This document shows positions 37,200 to 50,409 of a stretch of DNA of 64,000 nucleotides, in pieces; within the stretch, counting starts at the first letter, position 1, and every line of letters starts with the position of its first letter. A program made the position numbers and the translations under genes. The notes below the pieces were generated by a model. That model worked only from the letters and a program-made list of their open reading frames with translations, did no database searches and had not been told where the DNA came from. Source of the DNA: Vicugna vicugna (lineage: Eukaryota); NCBI GenBank assembly GCA_013265495.1, contig MU057711.1, positions 372,001 through 436,000 of the forward strand, written 5' to 3'.

Positions 37200-37490
37200 T
37201 TAGGTATTGCCTACATTTTACAGAGGAGGAAAAAGAGTTAAAGAATTTGTTCAAGGAGACAAAGTTGGCACGTGATAGAATCAGAAATCTGAGTCCTGTT
37301 GGTTGCCTCCCACTATCTGTGCTGTGAGCCTTACCATCTCGCGGCTTTGAGAAATGGTGTTTACTTCTCAGTGCCTCGTATTGCTCATCTATAAAATGTG
37401 GGTTTAGATAAATTGCCTCCCATACCTCAAAGGCAGGCTCTGAGGATAAAATAAATGGGCAAATCTGAAAGCGCGTTGAAAAAAGTGAAA
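37200..37490. mobile_element. Two MIR fragments in opposite orientation
   Basis: tttacagaggaggaa..ttgttcaagg (minus); cagtgcctc..ctcatctataaaatg..tgaggataaaa (plus). Confidence 0.6.
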
Positions 37491-38339
37491 AGATATGGGG
37501 AAACAAAGGAAGGACGCGTCCCCTCTTTGTCTCATGTTTTTGTTGTTGTTTGTTTGTTCCACTCAATTCTTGAGTGCCATTTGGATGGTTTCGACAAGTT
37601 TTCCCTCCTACCCGCCATCCAGGTGAATTACGGTGTTCTGAAACACATATTTGTGCATATCCACCCGATCTGATCTTCAGGATTCAGGGAGCTGGGGGGA
37701 CGAGAGGCAGAGACGATGCCCTTTAATTTCTGAACAAACTGGGTCTGCTGTGGACTCATCTGCCCAGAACTGGCGAATGCACTGCCCAGCATTGTGCAGC
37801 AAATAGCGGCACAGCCCAGCGCTCGGCTGTGGGCTCCACGTACTGTCTCTGTACCTTGCTGTCTAAACCCAGTTTGGGTACAAGAAAATCTTGAAATCGG
37901 GGCTGGCAGTGTGTGCTGGGCAGGCTCCTGGGCATGAGGTGAGGGAGAGAGGATGCTGGAGACTTCTTTGTCAGTTCCGGTTCCTCCTTCACCTCGACAC
38001 TGTCACATGCCTTTCTGAAGCATCCTCTGCTGTCTTCTCATTCTTGACTTCTGGTCCCTGCTCTTTCCCTCAGTACCAAGACCAGAGGGACACAATCAGG
38101 AGAGGGAGGAAGAAATTACAGCCATCCCACATGGCTAGCAGATGAGTATTTGCTTGATTTAGTTGTCGTGACTCAAGTTGCAACGATTTTTAGCTGTTGA
38201 TATTTTGTTGTATATGAATGAATGCTTCCTAACAGGCGTAAAGAGAGGCTTAAAACAATAAAGCTCATCTGTTAGTGTAGGCCCCTCAAGAGTTGATAAC
38301 CACTGAAACTGAGTGATGGGTATATGGACTTCATTAGAT

Positions 38340-38557
38340 CAGGGACCAGTACACATTTTCCCAAAGGGCCAGATAGTAAATAAGGTAGGCATTCAGGCCA
38401 TATGGTCTTTGTTTCAACCACCCAACTCTGCAGTTTCAGTGTGAAAGCAGCTGTAGACAGGAAGTAAATGAATGAACATGGCCATGTTCCAATGAAACTT
38501 TGCAAAAACAGGTGGCAGGCCAGTTCCGGCCCATGGAACAAAATTTGCTGGCCCGTG
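38340..38557 (+). mobile_element. MER58A hAT-Charlie DNA transposon
   Basis: aaagggccagatagtaaata..gaaagcagc..tgttccaatgaaacttt..aaaaacaggtggcaggcc; degenerate caggg/cccgtg termini. Confidence 0.85.
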
Positions 38558-39294
38558 CTTGATTCTGCCTAGTTGAGATGATGTTTTGAATTTTTCCATA
38601 GTAAAACGTTCAAATATTAGTGCCTGAAGTGATATGTGATAGTTTCTTGAAGAGTCAGACCATAGTTCTGACAGCCTTACTCTCTATTGCTGTTCATAGA
38701 GCAAATCACTTGACAGTCATTACATTTTGAGAAGAGTAAGCCTTTTCCCTGTAAATGAAGTAGAACGTTCAGCAAATCTTGAAAACACTGGAGAAACAAC
38801 AAGGTAGTTTCCCTGCAAATTTTGGGTAAAAAAAAAAATCTAATTTTGCCCGAACTGTTTAGACTGGCGAGGCTTAACGGGGAGGCGGGTGTCAGATCTG
38901 GCAAAACTCTTCTTTTTACATCCCAAAGTCGATAATCTACAAGCCCCAGATGTGTGTCTCATGCCCGGGGCCGGGCAGGTGCGATTTAGAAAGTGACAGT
39001 CCTGCTCTCAGGCAGCAATTATTTTCGACGCTCACCAAAGCCGGTTCTCACTCCACTGCTGCTCTTTCTTCTGTTTCCATGGAAATGGACAACAGCTCGG
39101 CTAAAACAAGGCAATTGAAGTTTAAAAACAGTGATTATTTGGACTCTCATTTTCTATGGAAATCACAGTTAGCAATAAGAATCACTAGATCATAATTTTT
39201 TTTCATCCCTGAAATAGGATACCAGACTCTGCAACAATCTTATCTGTAAAATGGGGATGAGTATAGCACTGCTTCTAAGAACTCTCCAGATAGC

Positions 39295-41095
39295 TAAGGG
39301 CAAGTGGTAAATTATAGTAGGTTATGCAGCTATTAAAAATGATGCCACAGGGAGTGATGAATGGCAGGTACAGTGCTCACAGTAAAAAGTTAAGTAAAAA
39401 AGAAAGCAAGATAAAAATGGTCTATATACTATTATGCCAATAACTTAAAATGTACATAGAGAAAAACTGAAAGTAATGCTGTAAAATGAGAGTGAGCTCA
39501 AGAATTATTTTTATCTTTGCAAAGTGGATCTCTGTTCAGTTTTTAACACCAGCTTTTAGAATTACCAATTGGCTTGTGTGACTACATTTTGAGTGTTTGA
39601 TTTTCATCTGATTTGAATGTTTCAAAAAGAATCTGTAAGCACAAAGCTGTCTGAGGAGGGCTATGCACTGTAAAACGATGTTTTGAATTCAATCATTTAA
39701 TAACAGCATTTCTCCAGGGATCTCCCTGTCAAATGAACTGAGCATTCTGTGCTATTTTAGGCAGGGGGAATTTCTCTGGGCGGGACTGGATCTGCAGTTT
39801 CCTCCAGTCTCCTGCAGGACGGAGTGGAGGACTAAGTGCAGATGCTGCCGCCAGTGATGTGTTTGTCCAGCCTACGTGTGGCTGGGCCTTAGAAGATGGT
39901 CCTCTCTCTCTCCCACACACACACTTATCTCCCCATAGTGAAACTATATTTTAGACAAATTAAAGGACTGTTTTACGAAATTCCTCTCAGAGAAACATCA
40001 AAAAAGAAACTAGAGAATTGTTAAAACACAAAATTTCACTATCTTGCAAAGTGCTTTGCTGTATTGCCGGTTGACAAAGATGTTCCTTGAAGTGTTACTT
40101 TTTTCCCTAAGAGGAAAAACTGAAACCAGCTCCAAGGCCCATGAGGGTGAATGGTTTAGTAAATTATAACATTATTATATGAATGGGTCTTTGCACAGCC
40201 GTTAAAAATGTTTACAGAGATTTTTTTAAGTAAAGAAATTAGTAAAAAAAAAAATTCAAGATTTTAAATTGCAAATCTAGTCTACTTATATCTATGTAAT
40301 AGTATACAATAAACATAAAATTTGGTAACATATAAAATAGAAAGAAAACCCCAATAAGAGAATTGTAATTTAAGTTAATTTTTAGTGATAAGAAATGCAT
40401 GAGTACATCTTTTATGCAAAAAATTTAAAGTATTTCACTAAAGCTGGTCTTTTGAGCACAGTGCCCTAAGCACCTGTCTCCCTCCTCTGAAACAACCTCT
40501 TGTATTAGTTTGGTGTATTACATTTATAAGGCAATCTTCATGCTTTTCTATTTCGCCCCAATTTTTCTACATTTCTATATTAGCATATGCTACTTTTATA
40601 GCGTATATGTGCTTTTGCAATCAGACAGTCATTTAAAAAATAAATGAAAAATAAAGCAATCGTAAGACACCATTTCACAACAATCAGAGTGGAAAATATT
40701 TTAAAAATTTAATAACATGAATTGCTTACAAGGATGTGGGGAAGGAGTGGAAAATGTTCATTCACTGACAGCAGGAGTGCTAACTGACACAGCTTCTCTG
40801 GAGAATATTTCATAATATACATAGGGTATAACTTTTTTTCTCAGTAATGACACTTCTAGGCATATGTTCTAAAGAAACTCACACACAGACACAAGGAAAC
40901 AGGTACAGGGATGTTCATTGCAGCATTTTTGTAAGATTGAGAAACTAAATATTCATCAGTGAGAGGTTAATAGAGCAGTTAATATATATGTATATGGAAG
41001 ATCTGTGTGATAATGTAAAGTTAAATGAAATATTCAGTCACGTGAATGACACAGTTTGATACAATCTATATAAAACTCAGAAATATACAAAAACA
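39295..41095 (+). mobile_element. Scattered L1ME ORF2/3' fragments
   Basis: tatgcagctattaaaaa (39323), caaggatgtggggaa, cacttctagg..ctaaagaaactc, gatgttcattgcagcatt. Confidence 0.55.
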
Positions 41096-42194
41096 TTTCT
41101 AGTCCCAATTAAGATGGATAAACATACTCCATCCTGTTTCTCTCCCTGAATGTATCCAAAAGCCCTGGACAGAATACATGCAGCAGCTACCCAGACTCTG
41201 AAAAGTAAATGGTACCAGGCAGATTGAAGAAGAAAACCTGAACTTGAAGCATAATTGACATGTTGAGGATTTTCCCGCCTTTCCTCACTCTATACGTTTT
41301 ATGTTAGTTCCAAGGCGCTAGAATCCTGGACCAGCTCACTGACTGCGGATATAAAGAACACCAAGAGAAGCCCTCTTTTCTTGGCAGAGGATTAGGAAGA
41401 GGAGCCCCTATCAGACAGAGAATGCGGGAAATTTCCTGTAGTTTTTCTTTCCTCTCCCTCCTCCTGAAAGTGAAACCTGGCAGAGACAGCGGTGGCAGCA
41501 GCGGCCAGGCAGGCATCTCAAATTCTGAGGAAGACGAATCCTTCTTTCTAAATGTAAGTGTTGTCTGAAGAGTGAAGGAGTCCCCCACTGTTTTTTCTCT
41601 CTCTCCTGAGGTGGACCCAGTTGTGAGAAGCACCCAGCACTTTGGGGACATGAAAGTCCTGGGTTTCCAGCCAGAGAACAGGAAGGGGGTCCTGGGAGGG
41701 AGTGCGGGGCTGTGGAGAGGAGGGAGCGTGGGGAAGGGCTCCTATGGAGTTGCTGTGAATGAATTCCTGGGCTCAGTCTCCATGTGGCATGCATGTGGAT
41801 CCAATTCTAAACAGCAAACCACCTACTGTGAGAACTCAACGTTGTGGGTGGACCGCCATCCAGGTACCACCTGGCCCCCGCGTCACTCATACACGGACTA
41901 TATCTGAATAACATGGCATAAACTTTGTAAACACTGACATTGAAACCACAGACCACAAAAACTAGGTCAGAACTTGTGGTCTGGTGCCAGTTGGGTCTAT
42001 TGTCTGCTAAATAAAAGCAGAAACAAGTGCTCTGAAAGAAGTGCTCAAATAAGGTTGTCAGGTGGAAGAGAAATGATGCCAGAGGGACTGGGAATTTGAG
42101 AATGAAATAATAACAGAAATAGTAAATACACTGACAGATGCAATAGACTGGTTCCCTGCCTTTAAATTTTTAAGATGAGATATGTATAATAATT

Positions 42195-43482
42195 TTTTAA
42201 AACTTTTTTTATTGAGTTATAGTCATTTTACAATGTTGTGTCAAATTCCAATGTAGAGCACAATTTTTCAGTTTAACATGAACATATAAATATTCATTGT
42301 CACATTTTTTTTTTGCTGTGAGCTACCATAAGATCTTGTATATATTTCCCTGTGCTATACAGTATAATCTTGTTTATCTATTCTACATTTTGAAATCCCA
42401 GTCTGTCTCTTCCCACCCCCCACCCCCTTGGCAACCACAAGTTTGTTTCTATGTCTATGAGTCTGTTTCTGCTTTGTATCTATGTTTTGTTTTATTCAGA
42501 TTCCACATATGAGTGATCTCGTATGGTATTTTTCTTTCTTTTTCTGGCTTACTTCACTTAGAATGACATTCTCCAGGAACATCCATGTTGCTGCAAATGG
42601 CGTTATATTGTTGGTTTTTATGGCTGAGTAGTATTCCATTGTATAAATATACCACATCTTCTTTATTCAGTCACCTGTTGATGGACATTTAGGCTGTTTC
42701 CATGTTTTGGCTATTGTAAATAGTGCTGCTATGAACATTGGGGTGCAGGTGTCATCCTGAAGTAGATTTCCTTCTGGATACAAGCCCAGGAGAGGGACTC
42801 CTGGGTCATATGGTAAGTCTATTCCTAGTCTTTTGAGGAATCTCCACACTGTTTTCTATAGTGGCTGCACCAAACTGCATTCCCACCAGCAGTGTAGGAG
42901 GGTTCCCCTTTCTCCACAGCCTCTCCAGCATTTGTCATTGGGACTTTCGAATGATGGCCATTCTGACTGGTGTGAGGTGATACCTCATCATAGTTTTGAT
43001 TTGCATTTCTCTGATAATTAGTGATATTGAGCATTTTTTCATGTGCCTATTGATCATTTATATTTCTTCCTTGGAGAATTGCTTGTTTAGGTCTTCTGCC
43101 TATTTTTGAATTGGGTTGTTTGTTTTTTCCTTATTAAGTTGTACGAGCTGTTTATATATTCTGGAGATCAAGCGTTTGTCAGTTTCATTTGCAAAAATTT
43201 TCTCCCATTCTGTAGGCTGTTTTTTTGTTTTACTTCTGGTTTCCTTTGCTGTGCAGAAGCTTGTAAGTTTCATTAGGTCCCATTTGTTTATTCTTGCTTT
43301 TATTTCTATTGCTTGGGTAAACTGTCCTAGGAGAACATTTTTGAGATGTATGTCAGATAATATTTTGCCTCTATTTTCTTCTAGGAGGTTTATTGTATCT
43401 TGTCTTCTGTTTAAGTCTTTGATCCATTTTACGTTTATTTTTGTGTATGGTGTAAAGGAGTGTTCTAGCTTCACCGATTTAC
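42195..43482 (-). mobile_element. Young 5'-truncated L1 (ORF2 C-terminus + 3'UTR)
   Basis: [69 protein letters not shown] agatatgtataataatt (42178-42194) / agatatgtataatgatt (43483-43499). Confidence 0.93.
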
Positions 43483-43671
43483 AGATATGTATAATGATTG
43501 AAAGTAAAAAGTGTAGCATTGTCTAGTAGGATTTTTGATGTATAGCTATACTACTTACGACAATTATAGCATGAAGGAGGGAAGGTAAGGGACCTACGTG
43601 GTGACCAAGTTTCTAGATTCCAACTGAAGTGATAGATATTAATTCTAAGCAGACTGTGAAAAGTTAAGTAG

Positions 43672-44305
43672 AGTAGGTTGGCATTATTTACAATAGTCAC
43701 GTTCTAGAAAATTAACAAACACTGAACCATTGCTCCTAGGGGAAATGCAGGATTAGAGTCCTGCAAGCCTCTGGTCAACATTTATATCAACTAATTGAGA
43801 ACCTTATTTGATTTGTGTTTCTCTTTAAAGACATCTTATTTAATGTATATTGTTGATTTGTTGTCATCAAACTCACAACCAATAGCATTATAATTCATTC
43901 CTGAATGAAGTTTGTTTAATACACATATTTTTTTCTGTAAAGCACATCACAGCTTTTTTACACTTAGTGTTAAGACAGCACTGAAGACAGCACTTCAGGA
44001 CTATAATAGGGGGCAATTTTAAACATCAAATTCACCAAAAAAGTACAAAGTGTGAAAAATGTGTCATTAAATAGACGATGAAAAGGAACTTTCACATGAT
44101 GAAACTGAAATAAGAAGGGAGAACATCACCTTATTCTATTCCAGCCAGGAATATGTACGTTGGATGACTCAAATTTTTCACCATTCTGTGCATGTCTGTG
44201 AATAGATGTGGAAGTGCCACGAGTATTCATTTTGTGGTTATGAATAAATTTTAATGAATAGGCAAATTCACAAATATGAAATCCATGAATAATAAAGATT
44301 GCTTG
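43672..44305 (-). mobile_element. MER82-like TcMar-Tigger DNA transposon
   Basis: actgaaccattgctcctaggggaaat..gcctctggtca; cagcacttcag; gcaaattcacaaatatgaaatccatgaataat. Confidence 0.85.
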
Positions 44306-44920
44306 TATATTTATTATGAATTCTAGAGCAATCCACTTAAAAAACTATACAATTGTACAGTAAAAGTAATAAGAAGTGTAACTCAAAGTGATAAGATTTT
44401 CAAATCACTAGAAAAATATCACAGTTCTAAATTTGTATGCATCCAAAAACACAGCCTCAAAATCTATAAAGGAAAAATTACAGAGCTACAACAAGAAATC
44501 AAAAATCTAATATCATAATGGGGAAGTTTTAACATCTTTCCTTCTGTGAGTGCTTGGAAAAACAGGCAAACTATTATAAGAATATAGAATGTTTGATCAA
44601 CCCTTTTAAAATAAAAATCAAAATGCTATATCCAACAACTACAGAATACTTGTGCTTTTAAACCACACAGGTATCATTTGCAATAATTTACCATTTATAA
44701 TAAATCTCTTGCATTAATGGGTCTTCAAGCAAATTTCAATAAATTTCAAACGATTTAAATAATTCAGAGTATGTTTTCAGAGTTAATGTACTTAGGTTGG
44801 AAAACAATTACAAAAATATAACTTACATATATAAAAATTAAGAAATATACTTCTATCTTATCCATGGTAATATTGACCATGGGTCAAAGGTGGTGTCTCA
44901 ATTGAAATTAGAAATATTTT

Positions 44921-45117
44921 CTCCATATTAACTAATATATATAAAAATAAAGACAAATTTCTTCTATATAGCACAGAGAACCATATTCAATATCTTGCAG
45001 TAACCTATAATAAAAAAATATGAAAACAAATATATGTGTGTTTATGTATGACTGAAACATTATGCTGTAAATCAGAAATTGACACATTACAACTGACCAT
45101 ACTTCAATTTTTAAAAA
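44921..45117 (+). mobile_element. Lineage-specific L1 3'UTR fragment
   Basis: agcacagagaaccatattcaatatcttg..cagaaattgacacatt..acttcaa; TSD agaaatatttt / agaaacatttt. Confidence 0.85.
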
Positions 45118-45129
45118 AGAAACATTTTG

Positions 45130-45352
45130 CTTAATAAAAAAGAGATCAAATTTGTAGTTATCATAGGCAAGGGGTTGGGGCACAGGGGACTTGGAGGAAG
45201 GCGATCAAAGGTACAAACTTCCAGTTACAAGATAAATAAGTAGTAAGGGTGTAATGTACAACATGACAGCTTTAGTTACCACTGCTGTAAGACACGTAGG
45301 AAGATTGTTAAGAGAGTAAATCCTAGGCGTTCTCATCACAAAAGAAAAAGAA
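45130..45352 (+). mobile_element. L1MA-type 3'UTR fragment
   Basis: caaaggtacaaacttccagttacaagataaataag..aagagagtaaatcct..ttctcatcacaa. Confidence 0.8.
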
Positions 45353-47099
45353 AAAGACAGAAAAGGTGAAAGGTCTGAAAGGTCCGAAGAGGTATTCATT
45401 TTACTTTGCAATTTTGCCAAGGGCCTGGGGTACTTACTGCATAGTTGACTTTCCCACTAAAGTGATGATTTAACTATCAGAAAACTTTGGTGCCCAAAAG
45501 TATTAATAAAAAATATGCTGTAACATTTGGGAAAAAATGTTTTGAACTGACTGAAAATTAAAGTTCTACATTCAAAACTTGTTCGTGGTGTGTAGTTAAA
45601 GCTCACATAGAGGGGATATTAAACCTTTAAATGCATAGAAAAAAGAAGAAAGACTGATAATCAATGAACTAAGTATTTCATGAAAGGGAAAAAAATTAAA
45701 TTAAACTCAAAGGAAGTAGAAGAAAGGAAATAATAAATAAAAGAATTAGTGAAATAATGTTAAATTATCACAAGATTAATAATATTTGAAACTCCTATTA
45801 AGGCTGATCAAGAAAGAAAATGAGAGAATGCACAAATAACCAATGCCAGGTGTGAAAAAAAAGAGCATTATTTCAAACTCCGTAGATATAAAAAAGTTAA
45901 TAAGTGAGTATTATGAACAAGTTTATGCTAATAATTTAACATACAGATAAACAGATTTCTAGAAAAATTCAACTTACTAAGATGAACACAGAAAAAAATG
46001 AGAAAACTTGAATAGTACAATTTTCCACGCATGTAATATATGTCACAGTAAAAAAGTTAAAAATTAAAAATAGAGTACATTTAAGAATCACAGAGCTGGA
46101 AGCAAACCTAATAAGTCAGTTGCTTTATTAAATGCCTTTGAACAGATTAATGTCTAGATTCCCATTTTATGAAACCTCAGATATGCAACTTTATTTAAGA
46201 CGGTAGAGGTGACTTAACTTTAAATTCAGATAAATAAAAAGTCAATTTAGAGTTCTTTGACATGATGAGATTTTTTTGCCATACTGGATAAAGTGGTATT
46301 AGAACTTCATTAAACTCCTGAAAGTTGATAACCAAGAGAAAGATAGACTTGTCTATTGTCTTCTTGACACAGTTTCCACTGGTTTTCCATTCCTTTTCAT
46401 CTCCTTGACCATCAAGCAATTCTTCCTATTTAATGTCAGTGCATTCTCTCTTTGTTTGAACTAAGAAAAAAACTAGTCTGGATCTGCCTTGTAACATATC
46501 TGAAGGGACAAATAAGCTCACTCAATTCCCCTCCTCTTCCCCCGATGAAAACCTTTCACTTGTCCTGGGATGACACACTGGTAAACTCTGGAAACATTTT
46601 TTAGGCCTACCCTGTGTTTTTAAAAAAGTTTTGATTCCATATAAATCACACTGGTATTAGGCTTCACCACAATACACTGTCTGTTGGACTTGTTACCCGT
46701 TCCTTTTAGGCTGATGACCTCATTGTCTGGCCAGTCCTAGTCTCTGCAGACTTCTACCCCTACAGCTGAGTACGGGATTAATTCTGACCTCTGACAGGAG
46801 GAATCCAGGTTGTCCAGCATCAAGGGTACAAGAAGCTGCTGGGTTGACCCTGCCTTTTTCCTACCTTGGTTCTGTGACTGTGTCCCTCCCCATACTCCAG
46901 TTACAGTATCATACCTTCATGTGCGCATCCTTCTCATTATAACCTTGCCACATGCTTCAGTTTCGGCAAAAACCCAGCTTGGTCCTCCCCTCTCCCATCA
47001 CTAGTTCTCCAGTTTTGGCTGAGTGAAGCTGTTCCAGTCTCCTGCTCCTATCACAGACGGTGGTGCTGAGACACTGCCTGCTGCCCTTACTGAGAAACG

Positions 47100-47320
47100 C
47101 ACTATGGCATATTGCGTGGAGCAAGGAGTCCTGGGGTAAGTTGGTAGCAGCAGCTCAGGGGAAAGACAAATCAAACAGAATGGGTTAAAAATCCTGGCTC
47201 TGACACTTATAAGCTTGATCCTTTTACTTACCCTCTCCAGTTCTCATTTTTCTCATCTGCAAAAGGAGAGTTACAATGACTATCTTATAAGCATGCATGA
47301 GAATTAAATAAGAACTTACA
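47100..47320 (+). mobile_element. MIR interrupted by a templated insertion
   Basis: actatggcata..gagcaagga..[insert]..tgggttaaaaatcctggctctgacactta..ctcatctgcaaaa..gagaattaaat. Confidence 0.7.
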
Positions 47321-47559
47321 CACACACTCCTTTTGGCTCACTGTTTCCTGAATGCCCACGGCCACATCTTAGTCTTGCTGTCTGTGTCCTCTTGCCCATG
47401 CAGTGTCCCCTCAAGAACCTACATGCTCCTCACAATCCTGCAATGGCCCAGCTTCTTCCCATCTGATTCCTCCAATTACCTTCTAAGAGTTGTGTTCCTG
47501 GTGGCCCAAACTTCCTTGTGAGACAGAGCCAAGACACATCTCTCCAGGGAAATAAATTT

Positions 47560-48244
47560 ATATTATGGTGTCTATTTTGTTTCAACACCAACTGACATAA
47601 ACCACCTGGAATCAGCCTCAGATTCCACATATTTGAGGACTTAATCTTCTGCCAGACAGTGCTTGCTTCAGATACCAGCCGCACCGTGGGCGTCCCCAGG
47701 CTGCACTTCTGACCAGCTGGCTGTAAATTTGAGGGTTCCCATGACCCTCTCAGGTTGGATGGTTCAGTAGAACGACTCACAGGACTCAGGAAAGCACTAT
47801 ACTTACCATTGTAATTTCACTATAAAGGATACACATAGGGTGAGGTCTGGGAGGGTCCTGAATGCAGAACTTCCATGCCCTCTGCTCGTGGAGTCAGGCT
47901 AGGGCACCCTGCTGGCACACCAATGTGCTTACCAACCAGGGAGCTCCTCCGAGCTTTGACATCCAGGATTTTATTGGGGCTTCCCTACATAGGCATGACT
48001 GACTAAATCCTTGGCCTTGTGGTTGAACACAATCCCCTCTCTTCTCTCCAGTGGTTGATCTGGCCAGAGGTCACTACCCTATAATCACCTAGCTGGTCTT
48101 TCTGGTGACCATTCTGAAGCTATCTGAAGGTCCCCCACGAGTGACCTGATTAACATAACAAATATACTCTCATCATTCAAGAAGTTTCAAGGTTTTTAGA
48201 AGTTCCCTGCCAAAAATCTGGACAAAGATCTTTATTATACCATA
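47560..48244 (-). mobile_element. MER21C-like ERVL LTR
   Basis: cacttctgaccagctggctgtaaatttgagggttccca, tagaacgactcacaggactcaggaaagcactatactta, tttattataccata end. Confidence 0.85.
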
Positions 48245-48729
48245 GCATCCAATAAATGCTCTGATTAGGATGAAAGATTTTATCTTTCCCAGAAGATAAA
48301 AGGTACATTCCGAAGCCAGCGAGTGCGGTATAGTAAAAGATAGAAGGCAGGAATATTTTAAAATATATTTAGCTCCTGAACTTAATTCAACTCAAGGTGC
48401 ATATCGCTAAGCAATTCAGTGAATGCCTCTCTAAAATAGAGTTTACCAAGTAGAATTTTCTTTCACTTCTCAAGTATGAGTTTTGTAGCTGTTGGTTGTA
48501 TGTTTACTAAAAATTCTTTTCTATTAAAAGATCAGTTTGGGGACCTTTGCTTTGCAAAAAGCTCTGTTCCACAAAGCAGGTAAAATGACTAAAATGACTA
48601 TTTGGGATGCTTTCCAATGTTATTAAATTATTTTTCTGTAAGGAAGTGTCAAGAATAAAAAAAGAGAGAGAATTGAAAGCTAGGATTAATCAAGTGCTCA
48701 AAAGTCTTCCAGTTCAATTCCTGGATATG

Positions 48730-48930
48730 ATGCCTGAGTTATTTCACAGTATTTCTAGCAAGTGTTTAACCCAGCTGCGTATATCCTGTAATGGAGACTT
48801 CACTCCCTCTAGAGGCAGCCCGTCTCATATGTAGACAGTCCATTCCGTGAGAAAGTTCTCCTGTTACACTGAGTTGAGACCAGCCTCCCCCTGTTTTCCA
48901 ACTGGTGATTCTAGCTCTGATCTTGAAACC
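48730..48930 (-). mobile_element. L3/CR1 fragment
   Basis: cttcactccctctagaggcagccc..gacag..agaaagttctcct..ctagctctg. Confidence 0.65.
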
Positions 48931-49174
48931 CATGAAAGAAAGATCTAGTTGGGGACAGACTAAAGGAGGAAGAACATTCTTCCAAAGATGTGTGAGAACA
49001 GACATTCCTGCAGGCAGAAGAGGGGCTTGGAGATCCTATGAGTGTTTCAGCTCCAGGAAAGATGGTGGTCAAGAGCTTATTCTATGGCTCTTCTCAGCTG
49101 TTAATCTGGGAATTTAAGTACCAGACACTTTGCGAATAATGCTGATAAAGTAGATAAAGGGATAGCTAACCTGT

Positions 49175-49395
49175 TTTGAGTGCTATTAGGTGCCAAGGAC
49201 TGTGCTAGGAGTTTCCCTCGCAGACTCACACTTTCTTTGAAAAACAGCCCTGTGTGGTAGACACTATTACTGTCATCACTTTACAGATAAGTTCACTGAA
49301 GGTTGGAGAGGCCAGATAACTTTCTCAAGGGAGCCAGTTTCAAACCATGGATCTTAATTCTAGAATCTGTATTTTTAGTGGTTAACATTATACTG
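49175..49395 (-). mobile_element. MIR
   Basis: gtgccaaggactgtgctag, aacagccctgtg, tttacagataag, aactttctcaagg. Confidence 0.7.
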
Positions 49396-49402
49396 CATTC
49401 CA

Positions 49403-49695
49403 TTTTTTAAAAATGATGGTTGATTTACAATGTTGTGTTAGTTTCTGGTGTACAGCATAGTGAAAACAAATATATATATATATTCTTTTTCATTATAGGT
49501 TATTACAAGATAGTTCCCTGTGCTATACAGTAAGACCTTGTTGGTTATCTATTTTGCATGTAATAGTTTATATCTGCTAATCTCAAACTCCTAATTTATC
49601 CCCTCCCCCATCCCTTTCCCCTTTGGTAACGGTAAGTTTGTTTTCTGTCTGTGAGTCTCTTTCCGTTTTGTAAGTAAGTTCATTTGTATCATTTT
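49403..49695 (-). mobile_element. L1 3'UTR fragment
   Basis: ttgatttacaatgttgtgttagtttctggtgtacagcatagtga..atagttccctgtgctatacagt. Confidence 0.85.
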
Positions 49696-50409
49696 CCACT
49701 TTACTTTTAATGACACATGTGTGTGGTTGATTAGCTTTCCCTGAAGCTAGATCTTTTGTATTCCGATCTCCCTATATGCCATTGACTCTTTAAAGAGCCA
49801 TGATCACTGTGGACAGGGGTAGGGCAGTTTGAGTAGCTGGAGTCCTGGGGTAAGTTGGTAGCAGCAGCTCAGGGGAAAGACAAAATATAAACCAAAATGG
49901 TCCCTAGCACCAGAATCTAATTCTATGACTGGTGGCTTCAGAGTCTATTTATCTGATCTAGATAGCTTTTCTGGGAACGTCCCACTCCAGGGCATGTTAC
50001 CAGCTGGATGTCACTTCACTATAACTTTTATAAATGATTTGCGTCACCAAGAATGGTGGCCTGAAACTGCCTCACAGATTAGTAGCTGCCCAGGGTCACG
50101 GTAATTCAATAAGGGAAGGTTCTTCTGAGCTGAGGATGACAAACAGCCTACATGGTGAAAAGACTCAGGGTTGGGACAGTAAAAGGGAAGTTTTAGGGAA
50201 TTCCATCAGAGAATGCACCCAGGATCCCCATTTTCTTACCCTCAAAGCTTTCACAGGGTATCTGGCTGTGCTTTTTCAAAGTGCTGCAGTTAGTAAAATA
50301 CACAAAGCTTTTGTCTGTGTGTATTTTCTCCCAGAAAAATTTTCAAGGAATTTCCTTAAGGATTTTCTTCAAGAAATCCATCCAGGGTAGGCATCATGGG
50401 ACTACAGAG

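Larger units (their letters stand above)
41096..46020 (+). mobile_element. Old, internally deleted L1M (5'UTR, spacer, ORF2) hosting several insertions
   Basis: aagatggat..aagccctggacagaa 5' end; spacer resumes at 43483; ORF2 motifs cacagttctaaatttgtatgcatc, caactacagaatac, tattatgaacaagtttatgctaat. Confidence 0.7.

Noticed and set aside
46195..46419. 74-aa minus ORF in unique sequence
   Set aside because: No recognisable homology or splice context.
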